DNA from: Felis catus
Taxonomy: Eukaryota
Assembly (NCBI RefSeq): GCF_018350175.1
Contig: NC_058375.1
Location: forward strand, 114,018,001-114,082,000
Direction of reading: 5' to 3'
Length of the DNA stretch: 64,000 nucleotides
Position 1 is the stretch's first letter, and every line of letters starts with the position of its first letter. Positions 63,211 to 64,000 of the stretch are shown in pieces. The notes beneath the pieces were generated by a model. It searched no databases, was not told the DNA's origin, and saw only the letters and a list, made by a program, of their open reading frames with translations. A program made the position numbers and the translations under genes.

Positions 63211-64000
63211 ATGGTCCCGAGTCCCTGTGTGAAATCTTCACTCTTCAGAGGAAAATTATGAGGACAGTGGTTCCTGAGGCTGACCACACAAAAGGCAGCA
63301 CCTAGGGAGCTTCTGAAAAGACAGGTCCCTGGGCCCCACACCGGGTTAATTAAGGCAGGCTTCAGGGTGGCCCCAGGCCTTGGAAGGTTGTGCAGCCTGG
63401 GTTAGGAAACTACACCATCTGAGGTTTCAGAAGAGGAAGATGAAAAGAAGCCTGGAAAAACAAGGCTGGTTTTAGAGGAGCTGAGTTGGGAACAGATTCC
63501 AAGGCAAACGAAGTGACATATTCCCTTCTAAAAATCTGCTTTCTGCTGGGCCCTCCTTCCCACTTCATTCTGTTAATGGCTATATATGTAATATATATTT
63601 TTATAGCCAAATAACACCCCTAGAAGTTCTCCAAGGTTTCGTTTCTAAGAATTCTTTTTTTAAAGGTACAGGTTTAAGTGCTATTAATTGTTCACAAATT
63701 GGGGAAAACCGATGCTGTCAGAGTGCTTTCCTCCCAAAACCTCCCTGAGGTGAAAGGTCTGAAAGAAGAAAAGTTTTCAATGGGGAGAATGAGAAAGTAC
63801 CACCTTTGAGGCCAGGAACACCTCGATGGGGAAATGCTCCCGGAGGTAGAACAGGGTAATCAGGGCCACTTTAGGGTGGCCCCCGAAAGATTCATAGGAT
63901 TTAGGAGCCCAGGCTTAAAATGCAGGATTGGGGTTCTGGAAAGATTGGTGGACGATGACACACATACATTTTCTGACCTGCAAAGTGATGTCAAATATTT

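Overview
This is 64 kb of mammalian, cat-family DNA; its tRNA-derived Can-SINEs are of the feliform SINEC_Fc type. It comes from a draft assembly with five N gaps. The whole window lies inside CNTNAP5 (Caspr5, neurexin superfamily), transcribed on the minus strand. Two coding exons are readable: the laminin-G exon at 58985-58836 (human exon 9 equivalent) and the EGF-like exon at 22732-22626 (exon 11 equivalent). Their splice phases are incompatible (phase 1 out, phase 2 in), so an intervening 3n+1 exon is required. I could not find it by eye, and it most likely lies in the 515-N gap at 55523-56037. The rest is intron containing 29 Can-SINE copies or fragments plus MIR, L2, old L1, MLT LTR and hAT-Charlie relics and microsatellites. 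I found no RNA gene, CRISPR array or independent protein-coding gene; the other ORFs in the track look spurious. I see no convincing new biological system. The best unexplained signals are small non-coding structures: five ACAAT motifs at exact 15-bp spacing, a triple DR1-like motif ending in a perfect hairpin, a paired-octamer/ETS cluster, and two CpG-retaining patches. Repeat subfamily names, exon numbering and human-protein comparisons come from recall, not from searches.
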